Below are positions 62,404 to 64,000 of a stretch of 64,000 nucleotides of DNA, one piece after another. A program made the position numbers and the translations under genes. The notes under the pieces are model-generated. The model was not told where the DNA came from. It made no database searches and was given only the letters and a program-made list of their open reading frames with translations. Every line of letters begins with the position of its first letter. Position 1 is the stretch's first letter. The DNA is from an archaeon (GTDB lineage: Archaea; Iainarchaeota; Iainarchaeia; Iainarchaeales; DTGL01): contig JAPDKC010000020.1 in assembly GCA_029258755.1 (NCBI GenBank), forward strand, positions 532 to 64,531. Reading direction: 5' to 3'.

Positions 62404-64000
62404 ATGGCTACTCAAGATATATCCCAAAAGCCCGTGATTTTTTTGGCAGAGGGTACAAAGCGTACAAGGGGCAGGGACGCACAATCAATAAACATACTGG
62501 TTGCTAAAGCAGTTGCAGAAGCAGTAAAAACCACGCTAGGTCCTAAGGGCATGGACAAGATGATAGTAAATGAGCTAGGGGATGTAATAATAAGCAATGA
62601 CGGCGCAACAATTCTTGATGAAATGGATGTCGAGCACCCAGCAGCAAAAATGCTAGTGGAGATAGCAAAGGCACAGGACGAGGAAGTGGGCGATGGCACT
62701 ACTACTGCAGTAGTGCTTGCAGGCGCCTTGCTCGAGCGTGCGGAGAGCTTGCTTGATGATGGCATCCACCCGAGCATAATAATAAAGGGCTATAAGCTTG
62801 CAGCGAAAAAAGCGAAAGAGATAGCAGAGGCAGTAGCCGATACAATTGATCGCGAGGATAAAACAGCTTTGAAGCGCATAGCGATGACATCAATGACGGG
62901 CAAGAGCGGTGCTGAAGCAGAGGAATCGCTAGCAAGCATAGTTGTTGATGCAATACTTCAGGTTGCAGAGCGTACTGATAAGGAGATAATAATAGATACA
63001 GACATGATAAAGGTTGAAAAGAAAGCTGGCGGCTCACTAAGCGACAGTCAGCTGATAAATGGCATAGTGATAGACAAAGAGATAGTGCATGCGGGCATGC
63101 CTAAGCGCATCGAAAATGCAAAGATAGCTCTCATAGATTCTGCGCTTGAAATCAAGGAAACAGAGACCGATGCAGAGATAAGCATCTCTGATCCTGAGCA
63201 GCTGCAGGCATTCATAGACAAAGAAGAATCCATGCTAAGAGAGATGGTAGAGCACATAAAGAAAGCAGGTGCAAACGTTGTATTCTGCCAGAAAGGCATA
63301 GATGACATAGCACAGCACTTCCTAGCTAAAGAAGGCATTGCTGCTGTGCGCAGGGTTAAAAAATCCGATATGGAGAAGCTTTCTAAAGCAACAGGTGCAA
63401 GAATAGTCACAAGGATAAAAGACCTAAGCAAGGAAGACCTTGGCTATGCAAAGCTTGTCTATGAAAAGAAGATTGCAGGCGACGAGATGGTCTTTGTAGA
63501 GGGTTGCAAGAATCCGAAGTCAGTAACAATACTGATAAGGGGTGGCTCAGAGCACATAGTTGATGAGGCAGAGAGAGCTGTCAATGATGCCATTGGTACA
63601 GTAAGTGCTGCAATAAGAGATGGAAAGATAGTTACGGGCGGTGGCAGTATAGAGATGGAGATTGCAATGAAGCTAAGAGACTATGCTACTACTATTGGCG
63701 GTCGCGAGCAGCTTGCAATAGAAGCATTTGCAGATGCCCTCGAGGTTATTCCGCGAGCGCTTGCAGAAACAGCTGGTATGGACCCAATAGATACAATAGT
63801 TGACTTGAGGGCAAGGCACAGAGGCAAGGACGGCAAATACATAGGCGTAGATGTCTACAAGGCAAAGCTTGCAGATATGAGCAAGCTTAAGGTAATGGAG
63901 CCTTTGCGTGTAAAGACGCAAGCGATAGCTTCTGGTGCAGAGGTTGCAGAGATGATCTTGCGCATAGACGATATAATCGCTGGTGCTTCCAAAGGTAAGG
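62404..64000 (+). CDS. Thermosome (group II chaperonin) subunit, 5' portion; the gene continues past the window end
   Basis: '[42 protein letters not shown]', '[15 protein letters not shown]' and '[12 protein letters not shown]' are group II chaperonin signatures. The ORF is not in the track because there is no stop codon inside the window. Confidence 0.9.
   Translation, partial: MATQDISQKPVIFLAEGTKRTRGRDAQSINILVAKAVAEAVKTTLGPKGMDKMIVNELGDVIISNDGATILDEMDVEHPAAKMLVEIAKAQDEEVGDGTTTAVVLAGALLERAESLLDDGIHPSIIIKGYKLAAKKAKEIAEAVADTIDREDKTALKRIAMTSMTGKSGAEAEESLASIVVDAILQVAERTDKEIIIDTDMIKVEKKAGGSLSDSQLINGIVIDKEIVHAGMPKRIENAKIALIDSALEIKETETDAEISISDPEQLQAFIDKEESMLREMVEHIKKAGANVVFCQKGIDDIAQHFLAKEGIAAVRRVKKSDMEKLSKATGARIVTRIKDLSKEDLGYAKLVYEKKIAGDEMVFVEGCKNPKSVTILIRGGSEHIVDEAERAVNDAIGTVSAAIRDGKIVTGGGSIEMEIAMKLRDYATTIGGREQLAIEAFADALEVIPRALAETAGMDPIDTIVDLRARHRGKDGKYIGVDVYKAKLADMSKLKVMEPLRVKTQAIASGAEVAEMILRIDDIIAGASKGK

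Noticed and set aside
1-64000. Search for CRISPR arrays, rRNA genes, IS elements or integrase-bounded islands
   Set aside because: No regularly spaced repeats of CRISPR type, no rRNA-like conserved stretches, and no transposase or integrase ORFs or terminal inverted repeats were seen. The only direct repeats found are the two 23-mers at 51403-51497.

Overview
This window is an archaeal chromosomal segment. The archaeal assignment rests on a group II chaperonin (thermosome), Spt5, the P0/P1 stalk proteins, an archaeal/eukaryotic-type TrpRS, the tRNA-splicing endonuclease EndA, family-4 UDG, a Bud32-like kinase, and a tRNA without encoded CCA. The DNA is AT-rich and the proteins are strongly K/E/R-rich, often with low-complexity tails. 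The window opens with a partial RelE-like toxin. It is followed by the conserved ftsZ-secE-spt5-L11-L1-L10(P0)-L12(P1) block, a SufS-like cysteine desulfurase, and a secreted Lon-S16-domain membrane protein. Next comes a hinge-less SMC-like ATPase carrying a central CxxC hook, in an apparent operon with a membrane protein and a wHTH protein. After that are a glmS-glmM-acetyltransferase cluster, an orphan HerA/FtsK-like ATPase of about 900 aa, a HIT protein, and a small cluster of membrane or secreted proteins that includes a tandem Cys-pair repeat protein. Further on are tRNA-Ala(CGC), an amino-acid dehydrogenase, TrpRS, EndA, and hydrogenase maturation genes (HypA, an Mrp/MinD-type ATPase, the endopeptidase HycI, HypC) interrupted by a membrane-anchored serpin. 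These sit beside a complete 14-gene membrane-bound [NiFe] hydrogenase plus Mrp-antiporter-module cluster that is colinear with Pyrococcus mbhA-N. Beyond it are an EamA transporter, inorganic pyrophosphatase, a GT39/ArnT-like glycosyltransferase, and a block of about 7 kb of uncharacterised, mostly very basic proteins. That block contains a minimal nucleotidyltransferase, a TraB-like protein and tandem PRTase-like paralogs. The window closes with an MBL hydrolase, a VapBC pair, UDG, a Trm112-like small ORF, an MTHFR-like gene, a pyrD-pyrK-(PRTase-like)-pyrF cluster, the Bud32-like kinase, Maf, and the 5' part of a thermosome gene running off the end. No CRISPR array or rRNA was seen. All calls come from reading the translations and motifs; no database search was possible.
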